Below, in pieces: positions 29,501 to 38,529 of a DNA stretch of 64,000 nt (positions are counted from its first letter, which is position 1; each line of letters opens with the position of its first letter). The stretch is from Candidatus Sericytochromatia bacterium (lineage in GTDB: Bacteria; Cyanobacteriota; Sericytochromatia; S15B-MN24; VGJW01), in assembly GCA_035285865.1 (NCBI GenBank), contig JAYKHS010000024.1:1-64000 (forward strand), given 5' to 3'. The notes below the pieces were generated by a model that did no database searches, was not told where the DNA came from, and saw only the letters and a program-made list of their open reading frames with translations. The translations under genes were made by a program, and so were the position numbers.

Positions 29501-30248
29501 CGCACTGCGCCAAGATCGTGCTGAAGCCCTCGCCACGGCTGAAGCCGAACGCCTGAGCGACCGTGACGAGGAGACCCTGCAAGCAGAACAGGCACGCATC
29601 GCGAACACCATGGAGACCACGCTGGTGGAGGTCGGTCAGGTTCGCAACCGGCTGCAAACGGATGACGCGGCGCGCGCCCGACATGCCGAGCAGGCCGAAC
29701 GGATCGCTCGGCAGCGACAAGTCGTTGCCCGCTGGGCACGCCTGAATCACCTCATCGGCAGCGCGGACGGGCAGAAATTCCGCAACTTTGCCCAGACCCA
29801 GACACTCAAGGTGCTGTTGCAGCATGCCAACCGACAATTGCGGGACCTTACGGATCGCTATGTGCTGCTGCCCGATCCCGAAGCCCCGCTGGACTTCCTT
29901 GTGGCCGATGCCTACCAGGGAGGCACGATCCGCTCCACGCAAAACCTGTCAGGTGGCGAGAGCTTCCTCGTCAGCCTCGCGCTCGCCCTGGGCCTGTCCC
30001 GCATGGCGAGTCGCCACGTGCGCCTGGATTCGCTCTTCCTCGACGAAGGCTTCGGCACGCTCGACGAGGAGACGCTCCATTCGGCCCTGAACGCGCTGGC
30101 ATCGCTGCGACACGAAGGCAAGCTCATCGGTGTCATCTCGCACGTGCCGGCCCTGAAGGACCGCATGGGCACACGCATCGTCGTCACGCCCGTCCGCGGC
30201 GGACACAGCCGCCTGAGCGGGCCAGGCATCAAGCGACTCGAGTCCTGA
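26580..30248 (+). CDS. sbcC: exonuclease SbcCD subunit C
   Basis: ITGPTGSGKT, LAQGQF, zinc hook CPLCGS, LSGGE, FLDEGFGTLD, ISHV. GTGA overlap with sbcD. Confidence 0.95.
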   Translation: MKLLTIRLQNLNALAGTWFIDLSDPAFMNDGLFAITGPTGSGKTTLLDAICLALYGQTPRIGKAPGDEVMTRGTGQCLAEVTFETGGIRYRARWSQHRARGRGDGRLQAAQHELSRLGPDGESGEILNQVSSDTPKVVAQHTGLGFGQFTRAILLAQGQFAAFLNARGAERAPMLEYLTSTDVYSHLSIAAHERHKAEQQVLTQAEGGLSGIELLDDEARRSLEQQLEWLQQASAKQTEERVQTEAALAWRARCRELRTALTELTAQQELLAKADVQAEPDRQRLNLDESARLLEPAYARLDQTRRQLAVLRTDLEAREGALPELAAEVERTGAALQEATDALHAARRERTERQDLLTALRQLDARLGDARRRAVEQSRTAELAESRRDAARRALEEASTARLTEETALETTRTRQSALAVDARAVQAWPEWRAWFGALEDALSQAEERTRQAHVAQEGIVGLRHEHEGTASAASRAEQNLEQVRQRERETAERMRTLLEDQTLEAWQRSRLEASSRRSFVHERVDAWQRAQENRDRIEATKRQREEATMAATKAREAARLASHERDTADAALRALEETQRLNDRAAGYEEARHALEDGHPCPLCGSPEHPWASGMPLKHEGHLQAMQLARQERDDLDHALQEALQLASREEARRDGCVADLAEREHAQMAHEAALRDLDESPEDPGRLAALVAEHAVLAEALRRHARIEQEVSPLEDEATRILQEQNDLEAGIEGLRREEGDARTRLALAEAGLSTLLQRAGEAKQQAEERRAQLQAALEPHGWSLASGHPVEVFARIEQAVKDWQALEEDLRAGEQRLVSLELEVAGREVETREATVACERALADAAGASRNVDELAAERKTLGGDMEPEAESRRLDAQVLDHETTEFRLRDTHTQARSELLTASENARTLEDNAQALEREAKALADAFTEQLASADFGDEASWQAALLEPETRTRLQQEADARARALREVAALRQDRAEALATAEAERLSDRDEETLQAEQARIANTMETTLVEVGQVRNRLQTDDAARARHAEQAERIARQRQVVARWARLNHLIGSADGQKFRNFAQTQTLKVLLQHANRQLRDLTDRYVLLPDPEAPLDFLVADAYQGGTIRSTQNLSGGESFLVSLALALGLSRMASRHVRLDSLFLDEGFGTLDEETLHSALNALASLRHEGKLIGVISHVPALKDRMGTRIVVTPVRGGHSRLSGPGIKRLES

Positions 30249-30253
30249 CGGCA

Positions 30254-30284
30254 TCTGCTGCTGGCGACGTACGCCACCGGCAGA
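30254..30284. terminator. hairpin between convergent sbcC and rnhB
   Basis: TCTGCTG-C-TGGCG / CGCCA-C-CGGCAGA imperfect stem; no clear U tract. Confidence 0.35.
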
Positions 30285-30292
30285 CATTCGCC

Positions 30293-30943
30293 TCACGCCC
30301 ACTCGAGGGTCTCCTGGACCCGAACCCCGGCAAACGTGCGTCGATGGACGGGTGTCGGCCCCAGGCGCCTGAGAGCCTCCAGATGGGCCGCCGTGCCGTA
30401 ACCGGCGTGCCGCCCCAGACCATAGCCGGGCCAGACTTCGTCCAGACGCTCCATCATCGCGTCCCGAAACGTCTTTGCCAGAACCGAAGCCGCAGCGATG
30501 GCGAGGCAGCGATCATCGCCCTTCACCAGGGGTCTCTGCGGACCGGACCAGCCGCGAATCGCCAACTTGCCATCGACGTGCACCAGATCGACCGGATGGC
30601 CCTGCGCCGCCAATTCGCCCAGCGCAACCCGCATCGCGGCAAAGTTGCACACGAGGATACCCTCCTCATCGATGGCATGCGCGGGTCTGCCGACAACCGC
30701 CCACGCGAGGGCATGCGTCCGGATCTGTTCCGCAAAGTGCTGCCGTCGCGCAGCCGAAAGCTTCTTGGAATCGCGCAGCCCCGACAGCGCGACTCGCGCG
30801 GCCTGATGTCCGGGTCCGTCCACACGGGGCAGCACCACAGCCGCCGCCACCACGGGACCGGCCAATGGCCCACGGCCGGCTTCATCCACGCCCGCCACCA
30901 CACGGTGGCCTTCCGACCACGCCTCCTCCTGGAGCGACCACAT
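30293..30943 (-). CDS. rnhB: ribonuclease HII
   Basis: GVDEAGRGPLAGPVVAAAV, DSKKLS, VKGD, AAASVLAK, GYGT, HRRTF. Start uncertain (ORF open to 30979 and beyond). Confidence 0.94.
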   Translation of the reverse strand: MWSLQEEAWSEGHRVVAGVDEAGRGPLAGPVVAAAVVLPRVDGPGHQAARVALSGLRDSKKLSAARRQHFAEQIRTHALAWAVVGRPAHAIDEEGILVCNFAAMRVALGELAAQGHPVDLVHVDGKLAIRGWSGPQRPLVKGDDRCLAIAAASVLAKTFRDAMMERLDEVWPGYGLGRHAGYGTAAHLEALRRLGPTPVHRRTFAGVRVQETLEWA

Positions 30944-30982
30944 AGCTGGGCCATACCCCGCCGTCCGAAGCACCAGCAAAAA

Positions 30983-32164
30983 TCAATACCGGAAGACCAT
31001 CCGCCGGATGGAAGAACATACTCGGGTCGGTTGCGGGGAAGGTTCCTCCGATGGCACGACTGCCGAAACCTCCATCAAAGCATCTTCCTCGACCTCGGCA
31101 GGTCCCGGTGTCTGCGAGAGCCCGGCGGCTCTCTCTGCCTCGAGCTGCCGCACGCGCTCCATCTGTCTGAGATAACGCGTATCTGCCGGGTTGTCCCGGA
31201 ACCAGCGCTCGAGGACCTCCACCCCGAGGTCGGGTGCCCGCTCCACCTCCACCAGAACGGCACGAACGTACTCTTCGAGCACGAAGGCCTCCCGCGCCTG
31301 TGCGCGCAGTCTTCCGGCAGTGGCCCGCGCCCTGTCATAGCCGTCGAGGATGGCTTGAGCAAGTTCCTCACCTGTCAGACGCTCCCCGGTGCATCGGCCG
31401 GAAAAGTTCCTCGCGCCAGCCTCCGCGACATTCTCTGGCACCAGCCAGCCGGGACCACCGAAGTGGTCATAACAGAACACCGGAACACCGAGCACCAGGG
31501 CAGCCTGCACCGTCCTACCAATGGTCACCACGGCATCCGCACCGGCCAAATCCTCGGGTTCAAGTAGGGCGTAATTGCCGCCCACCCCCCACGGAACCAC
31601 TTCGATCCCCCGCGCACCCAGCAATGAAGATGCTTCCAGAAGCTCGGCAGGCGGGTGGTTGCTGACAAGCAGCAGACGACGCAGGGGTCCCTCGGAAGGT
31701 TTGCGCGCTTGGGCCAACCAGTCGCGACCCACAGGATTGGGAACAACCCGTATCTGGCCTGCGGGCAGGCCGAGTTGTATCAATCGCTCCCGGGTCTCCG
31801 TGCTGTTGGCCAGGCAAAGCGCGGCTTCCCGCGCCCAGGGTGGTGGTGCTTCGAGCGGCTCGAAAGGCGACAAGGATGAAAAGATGACCCGACGGGCACG
31901 TCCTCCCAGTTGCAACCATCGATGGAAGACTGGGGCGTGGTGAACCCACGCGAGATCGATGTCGGATGGCGCATCGAGCATCGTCCACAGGTCAAGAACG
32001 GGAATTCCGACACGCGCAATCTCGATTGAGAACGGAGGTCCTGCATCGAGAGTCGCGACCCGAACCCGATGGCCTTGGGCCTGCAGTTCAATCGCAAGTT
32101 CGCGCGTGACAGCTTCCGACCCTCCGAAGTCCCTCAGGTGGTGGTTGGTGAGAAGTATGTTCAC
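30983..32164 (-). CDS. GT-B fold (GT4-like) glycosyltransferase
   Basis: NILLTNHHLRDFGGSE...ELA...GHRV, ANSTET, VVPNPV, ADAVVTIGRTVQAALVLGVPV. Confidence 0.75.
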   Translation of the reverse strand: MNILLTNHHLRDFGGSEAVTRELAIELQAQGHRVRVATLDAGPPFSIEIARVGIPVLDLWTMLDAPSDIDLAWVHHAPVFHRWLQLGGRARRVIFSSLSPFEPLEAPPPWAREAALCLANSTETRERLIQLGLPAGQIRVVPNPVGRDWLAQARKPSEGPLRRLLLVSNHPPAELLEASSLLGARGIEVVPWGVGGNYALLEPEDLAGADAVVTIGRTVQAALVLGVPVFCYDHFGGPGWLVPENVAEAGARNFSGRCTGERLTGEELAQAILDGYDRARATAGRLRAQAREAFVLEEYVRAVLVEVERAPDLGVEVLERWFRDNPADTRYLRQMERVRQLEAERAAGLSQTPGPAEVEEDALMEVSAVVPSEEPSPQPTRVCSSIRRMVFRY

Positions 32165-32341
32165 AAGGACTCGCTCCGCTCGTGCAATGTGATGATGAAC
32201 GCCCGTGCTTTCGCACTTGCTTACGGGGCATCCCCCACCGAGGTCCGACGAACCCGGGCATTCGAAAGGATACGCGAACCGGAAAGTCCAACGGATATTC
32301 CATCGCTGCCATCTGCACCCCTCGGTGCTACGATCAAGGCG

Positions 32342-34999
32342 ATGACCCACCCGATCCCGGCCCCCGTCGCCCGGTTCGCGGCCCGCCAACGGTTCCCGCT
32401 CGACACCTTCCAGATCGAGGCCGCCACGGCCATGACCGAGGGACGCTCGGTGTTGGTTTCGGCTCCCACGGGCGCCGGCAAGACCGTCGTGGGCGAGTTC
32501 GCCATCTTCCAGGCGCGCGAAAGCGGTACGCGCTGCATCTATACGACCCCGCTCAAGGCCCTGTCGAACCAGAAGTACCGGGATCTGCACGCCGAACTGG
32601 GAGACGACGTCGGCCTCGTCACGGGCGATGTCGTCATCCGCCCGCACGCGCCCATCCTCATCATGACGACCGAGATCCTGCGCAACATGCTGCTGGCCGA
32701 TGCGGGCCAGGCCGCCGATGTCTCGCACGTCGTTCTCGACGAGGCGCACTACATGGGCAGTGAAGGCCGTGGCACCGTGTGGGAAGAGACCATCGTCTTC
32801 CTGCCCCGCCAGATCCTGGTGGTCGCCCTGTCGGCGACGATACCCAATGCCGAAGAACTGGCTGCGTGGGTCTCGGCCGTGCATCGCCCGATGGACGTCG
32901 TCGCGCACGCCGAGCGGCCTGTGCCCCTCCTGCCCATGGTGGCGTCGCCGGGCCTCGAGCGGCTCTTCGACGAGCAGGGCAAGCTGGCCGTCCGGCGCTT
33001 TGCCAACAAGGGCTGGAACGTGCCCGTCGACACCGTGGAGGTCTTGCGCGGACTCGCCCTCAAGGAGATGCTGCCCGCCATCTGGTTCGTGTTCTCCCGC
33101 CTCGGCTGCGAGCAGCATGCCGATCAGGTCCTCGATGCCGGCCTCGAACTCGTCACCAAGGACGAGCACCTCGAGATCCGGACCCGCATCGACAAGGCCT
33201 TGGAAGAGATGCCGGGCCTCAAGGCCAGCGCAGCCACGCGGCACTGGCTCGAGGCGCTTCCCTACGGCGTCGCCTGCCACCATGCGGGCCTGCTGCCGCC
33301 ACTCAAGCTTCTGGTCGAGCGCCTCTTCCAAGCCGGGCTCATCAAGGTGGTCTTCGCAACGGAGACCCTGGCGGCAGGCATCAACATGCCGGCGCGTACC
33401 GTGGTCATGAGCAGCATCCTCAAGCGCTCGGACGACGGCATCCGCAGCCTTTACGTCAGCGAGTTCCGCCAGATGACGGGTCGTGCGGGCCGCCGCGGCA
33501 TGGACGAGGTCGGCTACGGCGTGGTCCTCGGCAGCAGCCGTTACGCGCCCCAGGACGTACGCGACCTCGCCATCGGGGACGTCGAACCCCTCCGTAGTCG
33601 TTTCCACCTCAGCTACCACCTCGTCACCAACCTGATGCATCGGTACGCCATCGAGGATGCCCGGCGCATCGTGGCCCAGAGTTTCGCGAGTTGGCAGGGA
33701 GCCGGGCGGGTCGCCCATCTCGACCGGGACCGGGACAAGGTCCGCAAACGCCTGAAGAGCCTCGACATGCGCTGTCCGGTGGCCCCCGAGCGCCCCCGGC
33801 CCGATCACCAGGCCGCGTGGGAAGCGGCCCGCCTGCGCCAGGACAGCATCCACAAGCGCCTGAAGGCCCTCGAGAAAGACGTCCGCCTGATCCCCCGCGA
33901 CGATGCACGCCGGATGATCGAACAGGCCCGCATCGGCCAGTTCCTCTGGGTCCGCATGCCCGGAAGACCTGTGGCCGAGGCAGCCGTGCTGCTCAGCCGA
34001 CATCCGACCAAGTCCGGCGACATGCAATTCGGCGTGATGATCGGTCTGCCTGCCGTCGTGAAACTCGGCACCCAGCATCTCGTCGCGACCATGCCCGCCG
34101 GCCTCGACGGCCTGCCTCCCGCCACGCTCGACAAGGCCGGTCGCACCTCATACCTGCAACAGCTGCCGGCCGGCAAGCTGGGCTCCCAATGGCCCGAGTG
34201 GATGAAATCCGCAGGCATCGACAAGCTGGAAGCACCGGACACGGGCGGCACCTCGCCCGAACTCGAGAAGACGCGCGCCAAGCGCCTGCAAGCCCTCGAG
34301 GAGGTCGCCGCGCTGCCCTGCCAAGGCTGCGACCAGCGCGCCTCCTGCAAGGAGCGCGTCGCCCAGCACAAGGACCTCGACCGTGAGGCCCGCGCGCTCG
34401 ACCGCGACATCGACCGTGTCCGCCACCTGCACTGGCAGCACTTCCAGAAGGTCCACGCCTTCCTCGAGGCTGCCGGCTACATGCGCGGTCGCGAAGTACT
34501 GGCGCGCGGCGTCGCCCTGCTGCAACTGCGCACGCAGAACGAGCTGATGGCGGCCGAGGCCATGGCGGCCGACGTCGTCGAACGCCTGACACCTGCCGGA
34601 GTGGCGGCGATGGCGAGCGCCATCGTGGCCGAACCCCCGCGCGGGCGCCAGTACTGGCGCGGTCCCGATGCCCCGCGCGAACTGCACGGGCCCTTCCGAA
34701 CCATGGCGCAACTGGCCAAGGACATCAGCCGTCTCGAGCGCCGTCAGGGTCTCGATCCGACTGCGACGTGGACGACGGACTACGCAGGGCTCGTCCATGC
34801 GTGGGCCGAAGGTGCCGAGTGGGAACCCCTGATCCTCGAGAGCGGCATCGACGAAGGCCAGCTCGTGCGACATTTCCGCCTCGTCATCGACATGCTGCAC
34901 CAGTTCACCGACCTGCCCGGTCAACCGGAGGGCTGGGGGGAAAAGGCACGCACTGCGGCACGCCTGCTGGACCGCGACCTGATCCGGGAGGTCCTGTGA
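32342..34999 (+). CDS. Ski2/HelY-like DExH RNA helicase with DSHCT-like C-terminus
   Basis: APTGAGKT, TPLKALSNQK, DEAH, LSAT, HHAG, TETLAAGINMPAR, QMTGRAGRRG, WAEG...DEG. Confidence 0.92.
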   Translation: MTHPIPAPVARFAARQRFPLDTFQIEAATAMTEGRSVLVSAPTGAGKTVVGEFAIFQARESGTRCIYTTPLKALSNQKYRDLHAELGDDVGLVTGDVVIRPHAPILIMTTEILRNMLLADAGQAADVSHVVLDEAHYMGSEGRGTVWEETIVFLPRQILVVALSATIPNAEELAAWVSAVHRPMDVVAHAERPVPLLPMVASPGLERLFDEQGKLAVRRFANKGWNVPVDTVEVLRGLALKEMLPAIWFVFSRLGCEQHADQVLDAGLELVTKDEHLEIRTRIDKALEEMPGLKASAATRHWLEALPYGVACHHAGLLPPLKLLVERLFQAGLIKVVFATETLAAGINMPARTVVMSSILKRSDDGIRSLYVSEFRQMTGRAGRRGMDEVGYGVVLGSSRYAPQDVRDLAIGDVEPLRSRFHLSYHLVTNLMHRYAIEDARRIVAQSFASWQGAGRVAHLDRDRDKVRKRLKSLDMRCPVAPERPRPDHQAAWEAARLRQDSIHKRLKALEKDVRLIPRDDARRMIEQARIGQFLWVRMPGRPVAEAAVLLSRHPTKSGDMQFGVMIGLPAVVKLGTQHLVATMPAGLDGLPPATLDKAGRTSYLQQLPAGKLGSQWPEWMKSAGIDKLEAPDTGGTSPELEKTRAKRLQALEEVAALPCQGCDQRASCKERVAQHKDLDREARALDRDIDRVRHLHWQHFQKVHAFLEAAGYMRGREVLARGVALLQLRTQNELMAAEAMAADVVERLTPAGVAAMASAIVAEPPRGRQYWRGPDAPRELHGPFRTMAQLAKDISRLERRQGLDPTATWTTDYAGLVHAWAEGAEWEPLILESGIDEGQLVRHFRLVIDMLHQFTDLPGQPEGWGEKARTAARLLDRDLIREVL

Positions 35000-36057
35000 C
35001 CGTCCGTCGCCGCAAGCCGGCTCCGAGACCCGGCGACCGGCCGCCCCTGCATGCGGCACTCGTGGCCCTTGAGACGGTCGAGGATCGGGCAGCCCTCGAT
35101 GCCGGCCTGGACGCGCTGCTTGCCGAGGCCCAGGACGCAGCTGCCGAAGCTGAGCTCAGGCAGGCTCGCGAGGCGCGCTCCCTGGAGCGCGCGCGTTACT
35201 ACGTCACACGCCTCCGGCGAGGCCTCGAAGAGCTGCGAACGGGCCCCGACAATGATCTGGACCTCGCCCGCTGGAAGACGCTCGACCACATCCATACCGA
35301 CAGCCTTTGGATCATCGGCAAGCGCGATCGCAGCGGAGCTCACTCGGCCGGGTACTGGGGCAACTTCGTCCCCCAGATACCGCAGCAGATGATGCAGCGG
35401 TATACCCGGGCAGGCGATGTCGTGCTGGACACCTTCGCGGGCTCCGGTACCACCCTGCTCGAGGCCCAGCGTCTCGGGCGCCACGTGCTGGGCATCGAAC
35501 TCCAGTCCGAGGTGGCCGTGCGGACCCGTCGGACCGTATCGGCCGAGCCCAACCCCCACGGCATCCGCTGGGCCGTGGCCGAGGGTGACTGCGCGACCGT
35601 CGATCTTCGCGCGGCGCTGACGGAACAGGGCCATGCCTCGGTCCAGCTCGTGCTCATGCACCCCCCCTACCACGACATCATCCGCTTCAGCGACGATCCA
35701 CGCGACATGTCCAACGCCCCGGACATCCCGGCCTTCCTGGAGATGTTCCGCGCTGCCGTGCGCAACGCGGTGGCCGTGCTGGATCCCGGCCGCACGCTGG
35801 TCGTCGTGATCGGCGACAAGTATGCCCGAGGCGAGTGGATGCCGCTGGGCTTCCAGACCATGCAGGTCGTCCTCGACGAAGGCCTGTCGCTGCGCAGCAT
35901 CGTCGTCAAGAACTTCGAGGAGACGACCGGCAAGCGCACCAGCCGCGAGTTGTGGCGCTACCGGGCGCTGTCGGGTGGATTCTACGTCTTCAAGCACGAA
36001 TACGTGTTCATCTTCCGCAAACCGGGACGCATCCGCACGCCGAAGAATCGGTCCTGA
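34996..36057 (+). CDS. orphan amino-(N4/N6)-type SAM methyltransferase
   Basis: GNFVPQIP, VLDTFAGSGTT, GIEL, MHPPY, FKHEY. GTGA overlap with the helicase. Confidence 0.82.
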   Translation: MTVRRRKPAPRPGDRPPLHAALVALETVEDRAALDAGLDALLAEAQDAAAEAELRQAREARSLERARYYVTRLRRGLEELRTGPDNDLDLARWKTLDHIHTDSLWIIGKRDRSGAHSAGYWGNFVPQIPQQMMQRYTRAGDVVLDTFAGSGTTLLEAQRLGRHVLGIELQSEVAVRTRRTVSAEPNPHGIRWAVAEGDCATVDLRAALTEQGHASVQLVLMHPPYHDIIRFSDDPRDMSNAPDIPAFLEMFRAAVRNAVAVLDPGRTLVVVIGDKYARGEWMPLGFQTMQVVLDEGLSLRSIVVKNFEETTGKRTSRELWRYRALSGGFYVFKHEYVFIFRKPGRIRTPKNRS

Positions 36058-36085
36058 GGCCAGGGACAGTTTCCGAACCGAGCCG

Positions 36086-37336
36086 TCAGCGCCCGAGGCC
36101 GACGTACGCGATGGCCGCCCTCGGGGCCACCCGCCCGAAGCCGCTGTAGCCGTCACGACCGGTCATGACCGTGTCCTTGGCCGTCTGCTCCAAGGCCTCG
36201 CGCACGCGCAGCGCCGACCAGTCGGGATGCGCCGAGCGCACCAGGGCCGCCGCGGCCGTCACGAACGGCGCGGCCATGGAGGTGCCCTCCATCGTGCGAT
36301 AGCCGTTGCCGAGGGCCACAGGGTAGGTGGACAGCACGCCCTTGCCGGGGGCCGCCAGATCCACCCAGTCGCCCCAGGTGCTGAAACTCGCCCAGCCATC
36401 GAGGTCCGTGCTGGCCGCGACCCCGATCGCATCCGGATGGGCCCCGGGCCAGTTGGGCTCGTTCTTGCCGCTGTTGCCGACAGCCGCCACGACCACGACG
36501 TCCCGGGATGCCGCATAGGCAATGGCCGCACGCATCGCTTCGCCATCCATGGGACTGCCCCAGGAACAGTTGATCACCCTCGCCCCGTGATCCGCGGCCC
36601 AGATGACGGCCTCGGCCGCGATGCCGTCCCGCGTGTGGCCGAAGTCATTGAATATCCGCACAGGCATCAGTCCACAGCCCGGTGCCAGGCCGGCGATGCC
36701 CTCGCCGTTGCCGGACCGTGCGCCCACCACGCCCGCCACGTGCGTCCCGTGACCATACCCGTCGCGGTCTCCGCCCGCCCCCGGCAGCTTGGGCGTGAAG
36801 TCCCAGCCGGGCACCAACTGCCCCGCAAACTCGGGATGCGCGCCATCGATGCCGGAATCGACGATGGCCACCGTGACTTCGCGGACACCCTTGTGGCCGG
36901 CCGCCGCCAGCGCAGGCCCGTCGAGCATGCCGTAGCCCCACTGAGCCGGCACCAGCGGATCGCCGTCGCCTGCACCCTCCGGTGAGACGACCGGGCGCCC
37001 CGCGACGCCGGGTGCCTGCCAACCCCGCTCGGCCTCGACCCACTCCACGGCCGGATCACGCCGCAGGTCATCAGCTGAAGCCCGCCCACCCGGCTCCGGC
37101 ACGAGGCGAACCATGCCAAGGCCGATGGCGCGGTCTACGGCGAAACCGTGGCGCTGGGCCACGAGTCCCGGGTCCACGCGGGCCGACAGCCGGGCCAGCA
37201 CCGTGCCCGGGACGATGGCCATGGCGGTCATGGCTCCGACGGTCGCCCCTGGGGGCCGCATGGGACCTGCAGCACAAGCCACCAGCAGACCCGCCAGCAC
37301 GACCACGCACGCACGGCCAATCCCACGCATCTCCAT
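36086..37336 (-). CDS. S8 subtilase lipoprotein
   Basis: Lipobox LLVA-C; VDSGID, HGTHVAG, GTSMA triad. Confidence 0.92.
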   Translation of the reverse strand: MEMRGIGRACVVVLAGLLVACAAGPMRPPGATVGAMTAMAIVPGTVLARLSARVDPGLVAQRHGFAVDRAIGLGMVRLVPEPGGRASADDLRRDPAVEWVEAERGWQAPGVAGRPVVSPEGAGDGDPLVPAQWGYGMLDGPALAAAGHKGVREVTVAIVDSGIDGAHPEFAGQLVPGWDFTPKLPGAGGDRDGYGHGTHVAGVVGARSGNGEGIAGLAPGCGLMPVRIFNDFGHTRDGIAAEAVIWAADHGARVINCSWGSPMDGEAMRAAIAYAASRDVVVVAAVGNSGKNEPNWPGAHPDAIGVAASTDLDGWASFSTWGDWVDLAAPGKGVLSTYPVALGNGYRTMEGTSMAAPFVTAAAALVRSAHPDWSALRVREALEQTAKDTVMTGRDGYSGFGRVAPRAAIAYVGLGR

Positions 37337-37749
37337 CAAACGCCCTGCTCCCGAGTCATCACCAATTCATCGTAGCCCGATCGCGGATCGAACGTGCGGG
37401 CGAACCGGATATCCGTGAGGATGCCCACGACCACCTCGGCCGTCGTGTGCACCGCAGAACCCTCGAGCAGGTGCCCCCCCCACAACTGGCCATCGGCATC
37501 GGCGAGGGCTATGTGCAGATGCCCACCCCCTGCCTCCAGCGTGCCGACGAGGGACACGATCTCGAAGGGCCCCTCACGACGCGTGCCCGTCTCGGCCGTC
37601 ACATGCCGCAAGGTGGCGTGACGCAGGCTGCCGACGCAGGTCGCGACAAAAGCCGCAGGCCACGCCCGGGCACGCGCCATCAGGGCCACACGCAGATCCT
37701 CACCGGGGACCAACCGGAAGGCCTCGAAAACCGCTCCCCCGGCCGTCAC
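37336..37749 (-). CDS. PPC/DUF296 domain protein
   Basis: RLVPGEDL, CVGSL, EIVSLVGT, HLHIAL, GGHL, TTAEV. Confidence 0.88.
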   Translation of the reverse strand: MTAGGAVFEAFRLVPGEDLRVALMARARAWPAAFVATCVGSLRHATLRHVTAETGTRREGPFEIVSLVGTLEAGGGHLHIALADADGQLWGGHLLEGSAVHTTAEVVVGILTDIRFARTFDPRSGYDELVMTREQGV

Positions 37750-38495
37750 GGCAGGTCGAACCAGAGCGCCTCCGCGCCGGCGTCACCCGCCACGACAGAC
37801 GCCTGCTCCGGTCCCTCGAAACCCAGGGCATCCCCCGCCTCGAGGACCATGTCGCCCACGGTCGCCGTTCCCAGCGCCAGATGCAGGTAGCCCCCGCGCC
37901 CCTCGGCAACCTTGACGACGCGCGCATCACCGGCCGCCATGCGGGTCGCACAGAGGCGCGCATCCTGCCGCAGGGGAATCACGCCCTCGGCCAGAGGGGC
38001 CGCCACAGTTGGCGACGCTCCGGGCTCGGGAACCACCTCGGGATCAGGACCCGCCAGTTGCACCCAGCCGGCCGCGAGTTCCTCGGGGCCGGCATCCCGC
38101 TGGCCATAGCGCGGCGGCAGGCCACCGCGCGCCGGCAGAATCCAGACCTGCAGGAGGTGTAGCGGCTCTTGCGCATCCGGATTGACCTCCGAATGGTAGA
38201 CGCCGGTGCCGGCGCTCATGTACTGCACCCCACCCGAGGACACCCGGCCACCATGACCCATGCTGTCCTGATGTTGCAGGTGCCCGGACAGCACCCAGGT
38301 CAGGATTTCCATGTCACGGTGCGGATGCGTCCCGAAGCCTGTGTCGGGGGCGATGACGTCGTCGTTGAGCACCCGCAAGGCGGAGAACTGAACGCGATCC
38401 GGGTCATGCCATTCGGCAAAGGAAAAGCTGTGGTGGGTCTGCAGCCAGCCGTGGTCGAAATGGCCTCGGTCGGTGCCCGGAAACGGGATCAACAT
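37746..38495 (-). CDS. pirin family protein (YhhW-like)
   Basis: HSFSF, LRVLNDD, GFGTHPHRDMEI, HQDSMG, MSAGTGVYHSE, LLQVWI. Confidence 0.93.
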   Translation of the reverse strand: MLIPFPGTDRGHFDHGWLQTHHSFSFAEWHDPDRVQFSALRVLNDDVIAPDTGFGTHPHRDMEILTWVLSGHLQHQDSMGHGGRVSSGGVQYMSAGTGVYHSEVNPDAQEPLHLLQVWILPARGGLPPRYGQRDAGPEELAAGWVQLAGPDPEVVPEPGASPTVAAPLAEGVIPLRQDARLCATRMAAGDARVVKVAEGRGGYLHLALGTATVGDMVLEAGDALGFEGPEQASVVAGDAGAEALWFDLP

Positions 38496-38529
38496 CCCCT
38501 TATCCTAGCACCGGCCGAGCGCTGCCGAA

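Noticed and set aside
32165..34078. N-terminal extension making ORF 30983..34078 a 1031-aa protein
   Set aside because: Antisense to the helicase; the GT domain begins at 32164.
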